From: an uncultured Phycisphaerales bacterium
GTDB taxonomy: Bacteria > Planctomycetota > Phycisphaerae > Phycisphaerales > SM1A02
NCBI GenBank assembly: GCA_938084645.1
Contig: CALKEP010000005.1
Span: 1 to 64,000, forward strand
Reading direction: 5' to 3'
Length of the DNA stretch: 64,000 bases
Shown: positions 37,768 through 49,000 of the stretch, piece after piece
How the letters are laid out: every line of letters begins with the position of its first letter
How positions within the stretch are numbered: the stretch's first letter is position 1
Program-made: the position numbers and the translations under genes
The notes under the pieces: model-generated
Told to the model about the DNA's origin: nothing
Databases searched by the model: none
Seen by the model: the letters and a program-made list of their open reading frames with translations, nothing else

Positions 37768-39795
37768 ATGAGCTCGTCCCAACTGATGGAGAACGCCGAT
37801 GCGGTCCGGGCCCTCGCGCCCGAGGCCGAGGTCGCGAGGTCGCGGGCCATCGACGGTCTCGCCGCACTTCAGCATGACGACGGTCACTGGTGCGGTGAAC
37901 TCGAGGGCGACTCGATCCTGCAGAGCGAGTACGTCCTCATGAAGTGGATCCTCGAGCAGGAGGCCGCGCCGCTCGCCGACGGCCGCGGGCCGGAGGTCCT
38001 GGTGCGGATCGTCGAGACGCTGCGGACCCAGCAGCGTGCGGACGGTGGATGGGGACAGTTCCCGGGATCGGGGATCGATCTCAGTGCGACCGTCAAGGGT
38101 TACTTCGTTCTGAAGCTGTACGGCGACGATCCGGACGCGCCGCACATGCGGCGAGCCCGGGAGGCGGTGCTTGATCTCGGTGGCGCGGAGCGGGTCAACA
38201 CCTGGACGAACTTCTTCCTCGCCTGCCTCGGCCAGGTCTCCTGGAACGCGGTCCCCGCGATCCCGCCTGAAGTCGTGATGCTGCCTCGGTGGTTCTACTT
38301 CCACCTCGACAAGGTGGCGGCGTGGACCCGGACCATGATCCTGCCGTTGTCGCTGGTGACGACGTTCCGGCCGGCGCGGCGACTGGACGCGGGTCAGGGC
38401 ATCGATGAGCTGTTCCGCTCTTCGCGGGATCGACACCGACTCCTGATGCGGTCCGACGTTCCCGCGGGGTGGCGAACCTTCTTTGCGGGGGTGGATCGTG
38501 GGCTCAAGATGCTCCATCGACTCGGTGGTTCGCCGTGGCGTCGTCGAGCGATCGATCGTTCGTTCGAATGGATCCGGCGTCGGGCGGGACAGGACGGCGC
38601 CGCCGCGACCGACGGCGTCGGGGCGATCTTCCCGCCGATGGTCTACTGGCAGGTGGTGCTGAAGACCATGGGTTACGCCCGCGAGCATCCGCTCGTGTCC
38701 CGCGCCGAGTCCGAACTCGACGCGTTCATGCTCCAGGAGGAGAGGGAGGGCGGCGAGCCCGGGCCGATCCGATTGCAGCCGTGTTTCAGCCCGGTCTGGG
38801 ACACCGGCATCGCGCTCTACGCGTTGACGGACTGCGGACTCGACCACGAGGATCCCCGCTGCGACCGTGCGGCCCGCTGGCTTCGGGAGAAGGAGTGTCG
38901 GTTCCAGGGCGACTGGGTCCGCAACCTCGACTCCGACGTGCCGTTCAGCGGTTGGTACTTCGAGTACCACAACGCGTGGTACCCCGACGTCGACGACACC
39001 GCGATGGTCGCAATGGCCTTGTACCGGACCGGGGGGGACGCGAACGTCGCGGCCGCGAAGCGCGGGCTCGCGTGGATGCGGGCGATGCAGAACGAGGACG
39101 GCGGATGGGCGGCGTTCGATCGAACCGTCGATCGTCCGATCCTCGAATACATCCCGTTCGCCGACCACAACGCGATGCAGGATCCGAGCTGTCCCGACAT
39201 CACGGGTCGGGTGCTCGAATGCCTCTCGTGGATGGGACTCGACAACAGCGATCCGACGGTGCGAAAGGCGATCGACTACGTCAAGCGACATCAGGAGCCG
39301 GAAGGCTGCTGGTTCGGTCGCTGGGGCGTGAACTACATCTACGGCACCTGGCAGAGCGTCATCGGCCCGATCCGCTGCGGCGAGGACCCGCGGCAGCCGT
39401 GGATCCAGCGGGCGGCGACGTGGCTCGAGTCGGTGCAGAAGTCCGACGGCAGTTTCGGCGAGACGGCGATGAGCTACGAGGATCGAAGCCTCATGGGCAC
39501 CGGTCCGAGCACCGCGAGCCAGACCGCGTGGGCGGCGATGACCTTGCAGGAGATCCGCGGCGCCGATCATCCGAGCGTCATCCGGGCGATCCGCTGGTTG
39601 TGCGACACGCAGCTCGATGCGGACGCCGCGGCGGATCCCGAACGCAATCCCGACGGCGATCCCGCGGGCGGGTGGTGCGAGACGGAGTTCACCGGCACCG
39701 GCTTTCCGAAGGTCTTCTACCTTCGATACCACCTGTATCGGCACTCGTTCCCGCTGATGGCGATCGGCCGTTGGCTCGAGGCGCGGCGCGGGTAG
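37768..39795 (+). CDS. shc: Squalene-hopene cyclase
   Basis: QW repeats (QHDDGHW, QRADGGW, QNEDGGW, QEPEGCW), catalytic YPDVDDTA, GRWGVNYIYGT and TGTGFPKVFYLRYHLY. ATG 37726 is an alternative start. Confidence 0.95.
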   Translation: MSSSQLMENADAVRALAPEAEVARSRAIDGLAALQHDDGHWCGELEGDSILQSEYVLMKWILEQEAAPLADGRGPEVLVRIVETLRTQQRADGGWGQFPGSGIDLSATVKGYFVLKLYGDDPDAPHMRRAREAVLDLGGAERVNTWTNFFLACLGQVSWNAVPAIPPEVVMLPRWFYFHLDKVAAWTRTMILPLSLVTTFRPARRLDAGQGIDELFRSSRDRHRLLMRSDVPAGWRTFFAGVDRGLKMLHRLGGSPWRRRAIDRSFEWIRRRAGQDGAAATDGVGAIFPPMVYWQVVLKTMGYAREHPLVSRAESELDAFMLQEEREGGEPGPIRLQPCFSPVWDTGIALYALTDCGLDHEDPRCDRAARWLREKECRFQGDWVRNLDSDVPFSGWYFEYHNAWYPDVDDTAMVAMALYRTGGDANVAAAKRGLAWMRAMQNEDGGWAAFDRTVDRPILEYIPFADHNAMQDPSCPDITGRVLECLSWMGLDNSDPTVRKAIDYVKRHQEPEGCWFGRWGVNYIYGTWQSVIGPIRCGEDPRQPWIQRAATWLESVQKSDGSFGETAMSYEDRSLMGTGPSTASQTAWAAMTLQEIRGADHPSVIRAIRWLCDTQLDADAAADPERNPDGDPAGGWCETEFTGTGFPKVFYLRYHLYRHSFPLMAIGRWLEARRG

Positions 39796-40099
39796 GAGCG
39801 GATACCGTCGCTGGTGGCGGTATGACGGGGACCGTCAAGAGACATCAAGAATGGTCCGTGACTTCTGATGCCATTCGGGACGCGGTCGTATCGGTTTGCA
39901 TCGATCCGGGGTGAGCCGCGGCGAATCAGGGCGGTTCCCGAGCATTCAACGAAGGGACAATCGCATGATGATGACGATTCGACGGTCGCGTCCGGAATCC
40001 ATTCGGCGATGGTTGCCGACATCCAGCCTTCATCGCGGAGCGCGTGTCCCCGATGCTCTGAGTCCCGCAAGGCGATCCCGGTTGAACCCGGGATGATCT

Positions 40100-41086
40100 T
40101 CAGTCCGTCTGGAACATCGCCCGCGCCGCGTCGACGCCGATCCGCGCGGTCCGGTCGTCGTCATCCGCGGTGGGATCGAGTTCCACGACGTCCATCGCGA
40201 TGCAGCCGCCGTGTGCGGCGAGGCGTTCAAGGACCTGCATGACCTGTTCGACGTGGAGGCCGTCGGGGACCGGCAGGTTGACCCCGGGCGCCTCCTTCGG
40301 ATCGATCACGTCGAGATCGAAACTCAGGGCGAACGCGCCGCCGTCGGGGGCGATCCGTTCGAGCACGCGATCCGCGATCGAGCCGGCGGCCTCGGACTTG
40401 AATGCATCTCCATCGATCAGCAGAGGAAGGGCCGAGGCGGGATCGGTCGAGACCCGGGCACGTTCGCCGGGGTCGAGATCGCGACCCCCGAGAAAGACGG
40501 CGCGACGTGGATCGAACGTGCCGCGCGGGCCGACGATGTCGACAAGCGGCGCGACGCGATGACCCAGCAGCGCCGCCGCGGGCATGCCGTGTGGATTTCC
40601 GCTGGGCGTCGTGTCGGGAGTGTTGAGGTCGGCGTGGGCGTCGAACCACAGGAGGCCGAGCGGGGGGGCGTCGGCGATGCCATCCGCCCGGTGACGATCA
40701 CGCCAGCCGGTGGCCGCGCCGGACATCGAGCCGGCCGCGAGGGTGTGGTCGCCGCCGAGGACCAGGGGGATGCCACCGTCGGCGACGATCCGGCGGGACC
40801 GATCATGAAGGTGGCGACACATCGTGCGCAGGGACGGCCACTCGGGTCGCCCGGCGTCGGGATCGGGGCCCCGGACGATGCGGACGCCGGTGGGCAGATC
40901 GGGCACCTCGACGTCGCCGTGATCATGCACGACTCGACCCTCGATCGACGCGACGCCCGCGCTTCGCAGTGTCTGCGGTCCGCCGGAGGCACCCGGCCCG
41001 GCGCCGCCGTGGTCGACGGGCGCACCCACGACCTCGATGGTCGCCCTCGGGGCGGTCGTGTCGGGGCTGGTGGAGGAAGCGGACAT
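40100..41086 (-). CDS. Arginase (ureohydrolase family)
   Basis: LGGDHT, WFDAHADLNTPDTTPSGNPHGMP, SFDLDVIDP and DVVELDP; the binuclear Mn ligands are intact. Confidence 0.9.
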   Translation of the reverse strand: MSASSTSPDTTAPRATIEVVGAPVDHGGAGPGASGGPQTLRSAGVASIEGRVVHDHGDVEVPDLPTGVRIVRGPDPDAGRPEWPSLRTMCRHLHDRSRRIVADGGIPLVLGGDHTLAAGSMSGAATGWRDRHRADGIADAPPLGLLWFDAHADLNTPDTTPSGNPHGMPAAALLGHRVAPLVDIVGPRGTFDPRRAVFLGGRDLDPGERARVSTDPASALPLLIDGDAFKSEAAGSIADRVLERIAPDGGAFALSFDLDVIDPKEAPGVNLPVPDGLHVEQVMQVLERLAAHGGCIAMDVVELDPTADDDDRTARIGVDAARAMFQTD

Positions 41087-41178
41087 CCGCGGTCATTGTC
41101 GTCGATCCCGGACTCGGAGGGCGGATCGGGGATCCGTCATGTTCGACTTCCCGGGAAAATCCCACCTACACTCGGTGA

Positions 41179-43992
41179 ATGGCAACTCTGAACCAAGATC
41201 AGCGTGGCGCAGGCTCCTTCCGGGGCGTTGCAGCCGTATCCACCCTCATGTTCGGCGTCCTGGTCACCGGGATCGCGGTCAACGGACACCCCCCGGATCT
41301 CTATCCCTCGCACTACGAGGATCGGGAACTGCACGAGGAGATGTGGCTCGACGTGCCGGACTGGGACCAGGAGGCGGATCCCTTCAAGCAGATCGACGAC
41401 CTGCTTCCCACGCCGAACGAGGTCCGGTTGGCCTCTGGCGCACCGGGCCCCGACTACTGGCAGCAGCGGGCCGATCACGACATCCGGGTGCGGCTCGATC
41501 CGATCGCCCATCGACTCGAAGGTTCCGAGACGATCACCTACCACAACCAGAGCCCGCATCGACTGGACTATCTCTGGGTGCAGATCGACCAGAACCGCTT
41601 CAAGCGGGACTCGCTCGGACGCCTCTCCACCACTGCGCCGAACCTCCGGCGCGACCAGTCCACTCGCTGGATGCGTCAGCAACTCGAGCAGCTCGACTTC
41701 GACGGAGGCGCGGAGATCACGCGGGTTGAGGCCGCGGACGGCGTCGCCCTGCCGCACGTGATCAACGGCACGATGATGCGAATCGACCTTCCCGAGCCGA
41801 TGCAGTCGGGGGACACCATCGTCTTCGACATCGACTGGAACGCCGCGATCGTCCCCAGCACCACGATGCGGGCGCGATCGGGCTACGAGATCCTCGACGA
41901 CGGAATGCCGATCTACGAGATCGCCCAGTGGTTCCCGCGGATGGCGCCGTACACCGACAACGACGGGTGGCAGAACAAGCAGTTCCAGGGGGAGAGCGAG
42001 TTCGCCCTCGAGTTCGGCGACTACGACCTTGCGATCACCGTGCCCGAGACCTACGTGGTCTCCGCGAGCGGTGACCTGGTCAACCAGGAAGAGGTGATGA
42101 CCGAGACGCAGCGGGAGCGTTACGCGGCGGCTCGGACCGCGGATCGTCCGACCTTCGTGATCACCCCCGAGGAGGCGCTGGCGAACGAACTCCGCGATCA
42201 GGAACTCTCGGGCGTCTCCGCCGGCTCCGAGGACGGCGAGGATCGCAGGACGGAGCGGACCTGGCGATTCCGGGCGGAGAACGTCCGGGACGTCGCATGG
42301 GCCGCGAGTCCGACCTTCATCTGGGACGCCTGGGGCGTCGAGATCCCCCGCACCGACGGCGACGTGTCGATGGCGATGAGCTTCTGGCCCAATGAGGGCG
42401 AGCCGCTCTGGAGCCTCTATTCGACCCAGTCGATCGCCCATACCCTCGAGGTCTATTCCGAGCACTGCATCCCGTACCCGTATCCCGTCGCGATCAGCGT
42501 GAACGGCCCGGTCGGCGGGATGGAGTACCCGATGATCTGCTTCAACGGCCCGCGGCCGGAGGCGGACGGCACCTACACCGAGCGGACCAAGTGGGGGCTG
42601 ATCGGCGTGATCATCCACGAGGTCGGTCACTTCTGGTTCCCGATGATCATCAACTCCGACGAGCGTCAGTGGACCTGGATGGACGAGGGGCTGAACACGT
42701 TCGTGCAGTTCCTCGCGATGGAGACCTGGGAGGACGATCCGCGGACCAAGCGCGGCGAGGCCCACGACATCGTGGACTACATGATCAGCGAGCGGCAGCG
42801 TCCGATCATGAGCCATGGCGAGTCGATCATCCAGAAGGGCAACAACGCCTATGCCAAGCCGTCCGTCGCGCTGAACGTGCTTCGAGAGACGGTCATGGGT
42901 CGTGAACTCTTCGACCATGCGTTCCGGACCTACTGCGAGCGCTGGGCGTTCCGGCGTCCGGAGCCGGGCGACTTCTTCCGAACCATGGACGACGCGAGCG
43001 GGGTCGACCTCGACTGGTTCTGGCGCAACTGGTTCTACACCACCCGACACGTCGACATCGCGACCGAGCGGGTGATGGACTTCACCGTCGAGCCGCGCGA
43101 TCCCGACGTGCTCAAGCCGATCCTGCAGGCCGAACGCGCGGCGGAGCGGCCGAGCCGGACCCGCCAGCGCAACGCCGACCTGCCGAGGCGGAGCGCCCGC
43201 TATCCCGAACTCCTGGACTTCTACAGTCGCTTCGACGAGCTCGAGGTGACCGACGACGATCGCCGCCGGTTCGAGCGGTTCATGACGCGGCTGGAGGAGG
43301 ACGATCGAGCGGTGTTCGAGGCGATCGAGGATCGTCCGCTCCACTTCTCGATCGTTCGGTTCCGGAACCACGGTGGCATCCCGATGCCGCTGCCCCTCGA
43401 GATCCGGTACACCGACGGCACCGTCGAGGAGACCATGCTTCCGGTCGAGATCTGGAAGGAGAACCCCGAGGTCGCGACCCGCATGTTCGTGGGTCCGGTG
43501 CCGATCGCCCGGGTGCTCCTCGATCCGTACCGGGAACTCGCGGATGCGGATCGCACCAACAACGCCTATCCGCCGGAGGTCATCGCGGGTCGCTTCGCGG
43601 TGCAGCCCGGGTCGGATCGATCGAACCCGATGCAGGCGGCGCGGGCCCGGGACGGCCGGCCGGCGATCGAACGGATCGCGCGAGAGATCGCAGCGATCCT
43701 CGCCGTCGAATGGGGCGAGGTCGCCGACGAGACGGCCACGCCGCTCGCCGAATCGGGCGTGCTGCTGGAAAAGGTCGACCCGAAGCTGCTGGTGGATCCC
43801 TGGGGCCGTCCCATGCGGCTCGAGTTCTCCTCCTCGCCGGTGGTGTCCGGTGACGGAGACGCGGTGGCGACCCTTCGAAGCGACGGGTCGGATCGTCGAC
43901 GCGGCACGGATGATGACGTGGCCCTCGTGTTGTTCGCCGATGGAAGCGTGCTCGACGAGGAGATCGCGATGGCCGAGGAGGAAGATCGATGA
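41179..43992 (+). CDS. Secreted M1 family metallo-aminopeptidase with a C-terminal GspG-like extension
   Basis: Signal peptide, GAPGPDYWQQRAD, AQWFPRM, GGMEYPM, HEVGH..WMDEG, NNAYAKP and DLDWFW, plus a C-terminal tail containing DPWG..S.G.D...GTDDD. Confidence 0.9.
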   Translation: MATLNQDQRGAGSFRGVAAVSTLMFGVLVTGIAVNGHPPDLYPSHYEDRELHEEMWLDVPDWDQEADPFKQIDDLLPTPNEVRLASGAPGPDYWQQRADHDIRVRLDPIAHRLEGSETITYHNQSPHRLDYLWVQIDQNRFKRDSLGRLSTTAPNLRRDQSTRWMRQQLEQLDFDGGAEITRVEAADGVALPHVINGTMMRIDLPEPMQSGDTIVFDIDWNAAIVPSTTMRARSGYEILDDGMPIYEIAQWFPRMAPYTDNDGWQNKQFQGESEFALEFGDYDLAITVPETYVVSASGDLVNQEEVMTETQRERYAAARTADRPTFVITPEEALANELRDQELSGVSAGSEDGEDRRTERTWRFRAENVRDVAWAASPTFIWDAWGVEIPRTDGDVSMAMSFWPNEGEPLWSLYSTQSIAHTLEVYSEHCIPYPYPVAISVNGPVGGMEYPMICFNGPRPEADGTYTERTKWGLIGVIIHEVGHFWFPMIINSDERQWTWMDEGLNTFVQFLAMETWEDDPRTKRGEAHDIVDYMISERQRPIMSHGESIIQKGNNAYAKPSVALNVLRETVMGRELFDHAFRTYCERWAFRRPEPGDFFRTMDDASGVDLDWFWRNWFYTTRHVDIATERVMDFTVEPRDPDVLKPILQAERAAERPSRTRQRNADLPRRSARYPELLDFYSRFDELEVTDDDRRRFERFMTRLEEDDRAVFEAIEDRPLHFSIVRFRNHGGIPMPLPLEIRYTDGTVEETMLPVEIWKENPEVATRMFVGPVPIARVLLDPYRELADADRTNNAYPPEVIAGRFAVQPGSDRSNPMQAARARDGRPAIERIAREIAAILAVEWGEVADETATPLAESGVLLEKVDPKLLVDPWGRPMRLEFSSSPVVSGDGDAVATLRSDGSDRRRGTDDDVALVLFADGSVLDEEIAMAEEEDR

Positions 43993-44948
43993 TCCGGACG
44001 TTCTCACATGCCGTGCTCGCCGCCGCGTTCGCATTCCTTCCGGCGACGGGGATCGTCGTCGCGGGGGAGGGGCGCGGAGCCGCGCCCACGATCGCGGCGG
44101 ACGGCCCGATCGCGACCATCGAACCAGACGTGATCTACGGACGGGCCGATGCCCTCGCCATGACCTACGACCTCCTCAAGCCGACCGTCAAGCCCAACGG
44201 CGCGACCGTGATCTTCGTGGTGAGCGGGGGCTGGCGGTCCCGGTGGTTCGATCCCAGGATGGCGATGCTGCCGAAGATCCGCGGCATCTCGCTGGTCCAC
44301 GATCTTCTGGTCGACGGGTACCACATCGTGCTCCTTCGGCACGGAAGTTCACCGCGGTACAAGGTGCCCGACGCCGCGGACCACGTCGAGGAGGCGATCC
44401 GGCACCTTCGATCGACCGCACCGGACCGTGGACTCGATCCCGAGCGGATCGGTTCCTTCGGGCTGAGCGCCGGCGGTCATCTCTCGCTGCATCTCGCGAC
44501 GCTTGGTGGCGAGGACGCGCCCCGCGACCTGCGTCGTTCGCGGGCGGGCGGGGATGCCGCCGTCCCCGAAGATGCGGCACCGATCGCGGCCGCGGTCGCA
44601 TGGTTCCCGCCGGTCGAACTGGTCGGCTTCGTCGGTCCGAACGAGCGGTACCCCGCGATGGATTTCGATCCGGAGGAGGCGGCGCGGGTCTCGCCGATCC
44701 GGCATGTCGATCGGAACGACGCGCCGGTGCTCCTGATGCACGGTACGGAAGACTCCGTGGTCAGGATCCGGGCGAGTGAAGCGATGCACGAGACCTACGT
44801 CGAGGCGGGACTCGAGTCCGAGTATCACCGGTTCGAAGGCGCGGGTCACGGATTCGAAGGCGAGGACGCCGCGCGTTCCTCGGCGCTCGCAAAGGCCTGG
44901 TTCGACCGCTGGCTGCTTCCCCCGGCCGCTCCGGCGTCGACCGACTGA
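43989..44948 (+). CDS. Secreted alpha/beta hydrolase (esterase/lipase)
   Basis: Signal peptide, SGGW oxyanion motif, GLSAGG nucleophile, HGTEDSVV and GAGHGF. ATGA overlap with the peptidase. Confidence 0.9.
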   Translation: MIRTFSHAVLAAAFAFLPATGIVVAGEGRGAAPTIAADGPIATIEPDVIYGRADALAMTYDLLKPTVKPNGATVIFVVSGGWRSRWFDPRMAMLPKIRGISLVHDLLVDGYHIVLLRHGSSPRYKVPDAADHVEEAIRHLRSTAPDRGLDPERIGSFGLSAGGHLSLHLATLGGEDAPRDLRRSRAGGDAAVPEDAAPIAAAVAWFPPVELVGFVGPNERYPAMDFDPEEAARVSPIRHVDRNDAPVLLMHGTEDSVVRIRASEAMHETYVEAGLESEYHRFEGAGHGFEGEDAARSSALAKAWFDRWLLPPAAPASTD

Positions 44949-45175
44949 CGGCCGGCGAGCCTCCTCATCGAAAGCCTGACCGGCCTCGTGGCGAACGTGG
45001 TCATCGGCCAGTCGCCGGGTGATCCCGTCGCCAGCGTGATCGACCTCGCACTCATCGGGACCCTCGCGAACGTCGCGCCGCGTGGCGGCGGTTGTTCTCG
45101 CGGGGATCAGCGCGAGGTCATCGGACGTCGATACCATGAGCCCGGCGGTCGGACGTCCATCGAGGAGGTACAGAC

Positions 45176-45532
45176 ATGAGCCAGCCTTCCGTTCCATCGC
45201 CGTCGTCGGGCCGTGGTCCGGTGCCGGAGGTTCCTCCGACGTCGCGGGGCGAGATTCGAACGCCCCCAGTCCCGATCCCGACGGCGATGGACCATGTCAT
45301 TCCGACGAGGAACATGCCGGCGCTGCTCGGCTACTACTTCGGCGTGTTCAGCATCATCCCGGGTTTGGGAATTCCCCTCGGGATCGCGGCCTTCGTCTGC
45401 GGGGTGTTGGGTCTGCGGGCGGCTGGGAAGGCCCGTGTCGGTGGTGGGCATGCGATCACGGCACTGGTGCTCGGCACGGTCTTCGGTGGCGGGCAGTGCC
45501 TTCTTCTCGTCGCTTTGCTGATCTACCGGTGA
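45176..45532 (+). CDS. DUF4190-like small membrane protein
   Basis: GAGGAGG RBS, Pro-rich N-terminus and NMPALLGYYFGVFSII..LGL..HAITALVLG TM segments. Confidence 0.8.
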   Translation: MSQPSVPSPSSGRGPVPEVPPTSRGEIRTPPVPIPTAMDHVIPTRNMPALLGYYFGVFSIIPGLGIPLGIAAFVCGVLGLRAAGKARVGGGHAITALVLGTVFGGGQCLLLVALLIYR

Positions 45533-46070
45533 TGAGCGACGCCGAAGCGAAGGCGATGACGTCGCCTGATTTTCGAGGCTTCGACCTGAGGTCTCTGCCG
45601 CGGCGGCGATCTTGAATGGTTCCACCGGTCCATGTCGAGAGGCGGGCGTGGCATCCACTTCGGATTTTCTGTTCGAATTTCGGGAACTCCCTCTCGACGT
45701 GGTCCGTATCGCAGACCGATCCGCGCGATGCCATCGACGATTCGATCGTCTGGCGTGATCCGCGGTTCGGTCGGCGTCGGTCCAGGGGCACGGAGACGCG
45801 AGCCGGGTTTTCCTGATTTGAATATCCGAGATCGAGATCGGCCCGCGAACAGGCGGGTGGAGCGTGTCTCCCTACGCACGGCTTCCACCGTCGCGGCACG
45901 CACCACGTTTGTTCGAAAGAGAAATCTCTCTCTCCGATCAGGGATCGAGGGCGACTCCCTCCACGGATCGTCCGAGCGTGACCGGTTGCCAGGAGTTCCG
46001 GCCATCCGCTCGCTTCTCATCCCTGATCCAAGGTGACGTCCGGCCATTCGTGGTCGGGCGTCGCCCCTTT

Positions 46071-49000
46071 TCAGGCCGAGGCGACGTCGATCTCGATTCG
46101 TTCGATCGAGGCCTTTCGATCGAAGATCGGGCGTGCTTCGGGGCCGTCGATCCGATCCCCTTCGATGATCCGGCGCTCGCCGTCGCGGTCGACGAGGGTG
46201 ATCCGGCTCGAACCGGTTCCCCGCCGATAGATCACCGGGATTCCGCACAATTGGAACCCCAGGCCGTCGCTGGGAAGATCGACCGTTCGTGCCGCGGCGT
46301 GGTCGCCGGCGGGGATCGCCCATTCATCGGCGACGTCGAGCCACTCGTCGTCGAGCAGCAGCGTCGGCGTGAATCGGATGCCGCCGTCGTCGAGTCGGAT
46401 GCCGAGCTCCATCCGGCGGGTGATCAACTCCTCCTTCACCTGGCCGGTCATGCCCGGTTGCTGCGCGCCGCGGTCACCGGGCGTGTGGGAGTAGGCGTCG
46501 ATCGGCAGGGCGCCGAAGGCCGCCGCGGGTCGTCGGAAACCGAGGCCGTCCCTCACTCGGTGGTACGCGTCGTGAAGACGGGAGCGCACCGATTCGGGGG
46601 CGCTCACGTCCTCGGCGTGTTCGACGCACTCGCCAGCCGCGACGAGGAGTTTCGCGACCATGTGCCAGTAGGTGCAGCCGATGCCTTCATAGCCGTACAT
46701 GCCGCCCGACCGTCCGGTGAACCGGTGATGATCGAATATCCGTTCGTAGAGGTCGATCGCGGCGACGCCGTGTGACTTGACCGAACCTGCGTGCGTCTTC
46801 TCCCGGGCGAGTTCCTCGAGTATCGACTCCAGGTCCCGTCGGTTGCGAAGGTCGGTCGCGAAACGGACCGTTCCGTCGCCGTCGCGCTCGACGAGTCTCC
46901 GGTCACCACTCGCCACGAGGCCGGCGATCAGTGGATTTCCCGCGACGGAAGCGGCGTCGATCACGCCCTTCTCGATCAGAGGCGGGATCTCACGCACCGG
47001 ATAGAGCAGGAACGTGTCGTGATCCGTGCGGTGGAGGGGCGAGGTGAACAGCGTCTCGAGGAGCGTCGCCGCTTCCTCGGGATCGAGCACGCCGGCGGAC
47101 AGCACCGCGACCTGTCCCTCCAGCATCTCGGGAAGGTGATGAACCGTCGCGGTCCGGTCGTCGAAGGAGACGAGGTTGTAGCCGTGGTAGAGGCCGTCCG
47201 CCCGTCGGTTGGCGGCGATCGCGTGGTCGAGCCATCGCAGGGCCGTCTCGCAGGCCGCGGCGAGTTCCTCGCCGGTCGTGGCGTCGACGGTCGCCGGTCC
47301 CTGCAGACGATGTCGATAGCGTTCGAACGCGAGTCCGAGCGTGTCGACGATGCGACGTCGCTCGAGATCCCCGATGCTCGGATCGTCGAGCAGGGGGGCG
47401 TTGTCCACGAGGACCTTGCCGACTTCCCGGAACCAGTCGAGGACGCGATCGGTCACGGCCAGCGACCCTTCGTGGCCGCGGAACAGATCGGCGAGCAGGG
47501 CGAGATGGCGGCGGAGGTAGGAGGCGGTGACCATCGAGAGGCCGTAGCCCGCGAGGGCGTTGTTCGCGTCGTTCCACTCCGGACGCTGCGTGTTCATCCA
47601 GACCCCGCCGTCGGGGATGAACGACGAGAGCTTCGAGAGCACCGGAATCAGCAGCTTCTCGGCGAGGGTCACGTGGACGACGCCCGCGTCGTCGTGCACG
47701 AGGCGACCGTCCGCCCCCAGTCGGTCGGCCCGTGCGATCGCGGTGGCGTGGGCCTCCTGGTCGAAGGTGATCGTGTTGCGGGGATCGTCGACCAGCGACG
47801 CGTGGTCGGCGAGCCGGTAGGGGACATCGGCGTGGGAGAAGATCGGGCGGTCGAGCCAGGTCGCGAGATGGTCCGGATCAAGCCTGTTCGAGAGTTCGAG
47901 CAACCGGGTGAGGTAGCCGATCTGATGATCGCCCCAGTAGCCGATGTTGCTCCACGGATTGTCGGGTTCGGGAGCCTCCCAGTCGATCCCCTCGCGGGTG
48001 ATCCGGTACGGGTTGAAGCCGTCGGGGGTCGAGGCGTTGACGAACTTCGCGATCACGTGGTCGATCCAGCCCGGATTCGAGAACGTGAGCGCCTCCCAGT
48101 TCTGGAAGATGTCGCGCCAGTTGCCTTCGTAGGTCAGTCGTCTCGAGCCGTCCGCGTGCTTGACCCGGATGTTGAAGGCGTTCCATGGTCGACTCGGATC
48201 GCCATGCCGCCGACCGAACCAGACCGGGAGATACTCCCAGGCGATCCGTTCGAGCGAGGGATCGTCGAACGCCGCCGCCTCCTCGACCAGGGTGCGGCGG
48301 TCGATCACCGCATCGGCGGCGCGGGCATCGAGCCACGCCCGGTGCCGAAGGGCGACATCCGCGTTGCGGTGGCGGCAGAATTCCGCCCAGTCCCCCCAGG
48401 GAAGGTCGACGCCGTCGGTGAACACGCCGCCCCGCATGTCGTTGAACAGGGTGTTGGTGCGATGATGGGCGTCGAGGATCGGATCGCCCGTCCGTTGAAT
48501 GCCGTCGGTGTCGACCAGGATCGCATCGATCGCCCGGGTCGAGTCGGCGATCTCGCGGGTGAGCGATGCGGCCAGATCCTCGTCTCCGGTCAGCCGGCGG
48601 CGAATGCCCGCGACCTCCGCCTGCGTCCGGTGGACGTCCGCGACCACCGACCAGGTCGAGGTCTCGTTCGTCCCGAGCACCAGGCGGGCGTGCACCAGGT
48701 AGGCGGCGGCGCGTCCGCGGAGGATCGAGGTCGCTTCGACCGTCTCGCCGCGGATGAAGGCGTCGATCGAATCGGAATCGAGCGAGACCGTCGCGTCCGG
48801 GAGTCCGGTCGACCAGACCGTGGTCGACCGCAGTGATTCGGCGGGTTCGGCCCGGTCGACCAACGCCGATTCCATGGTGACGGTGGCCAGGTCGGATCCG
48901 TCCAGGAGTTCGGCCCGGGTGTAGGCGTTGACCAGGCAGCTCATGGACTGCATCACCCCGAGCTCGGCCCCGCCCGCGACGAGTTCCCGCAGGCCGTCGA

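Noticed and set aside
39796..40099. 300-bp gap between convergent shc and arginase
   Set aside because: Only short ORFs without a convincing RBS or motifs, and no clear RNA structure recognised.
45533..46070. 540-bp gap between convergent genes
   Set aside because: Candidate ORFs lack coding-like composition, and I recognised no tRNA, known ncRNA or repeat. An Infernal/Rfam scan would be needed.
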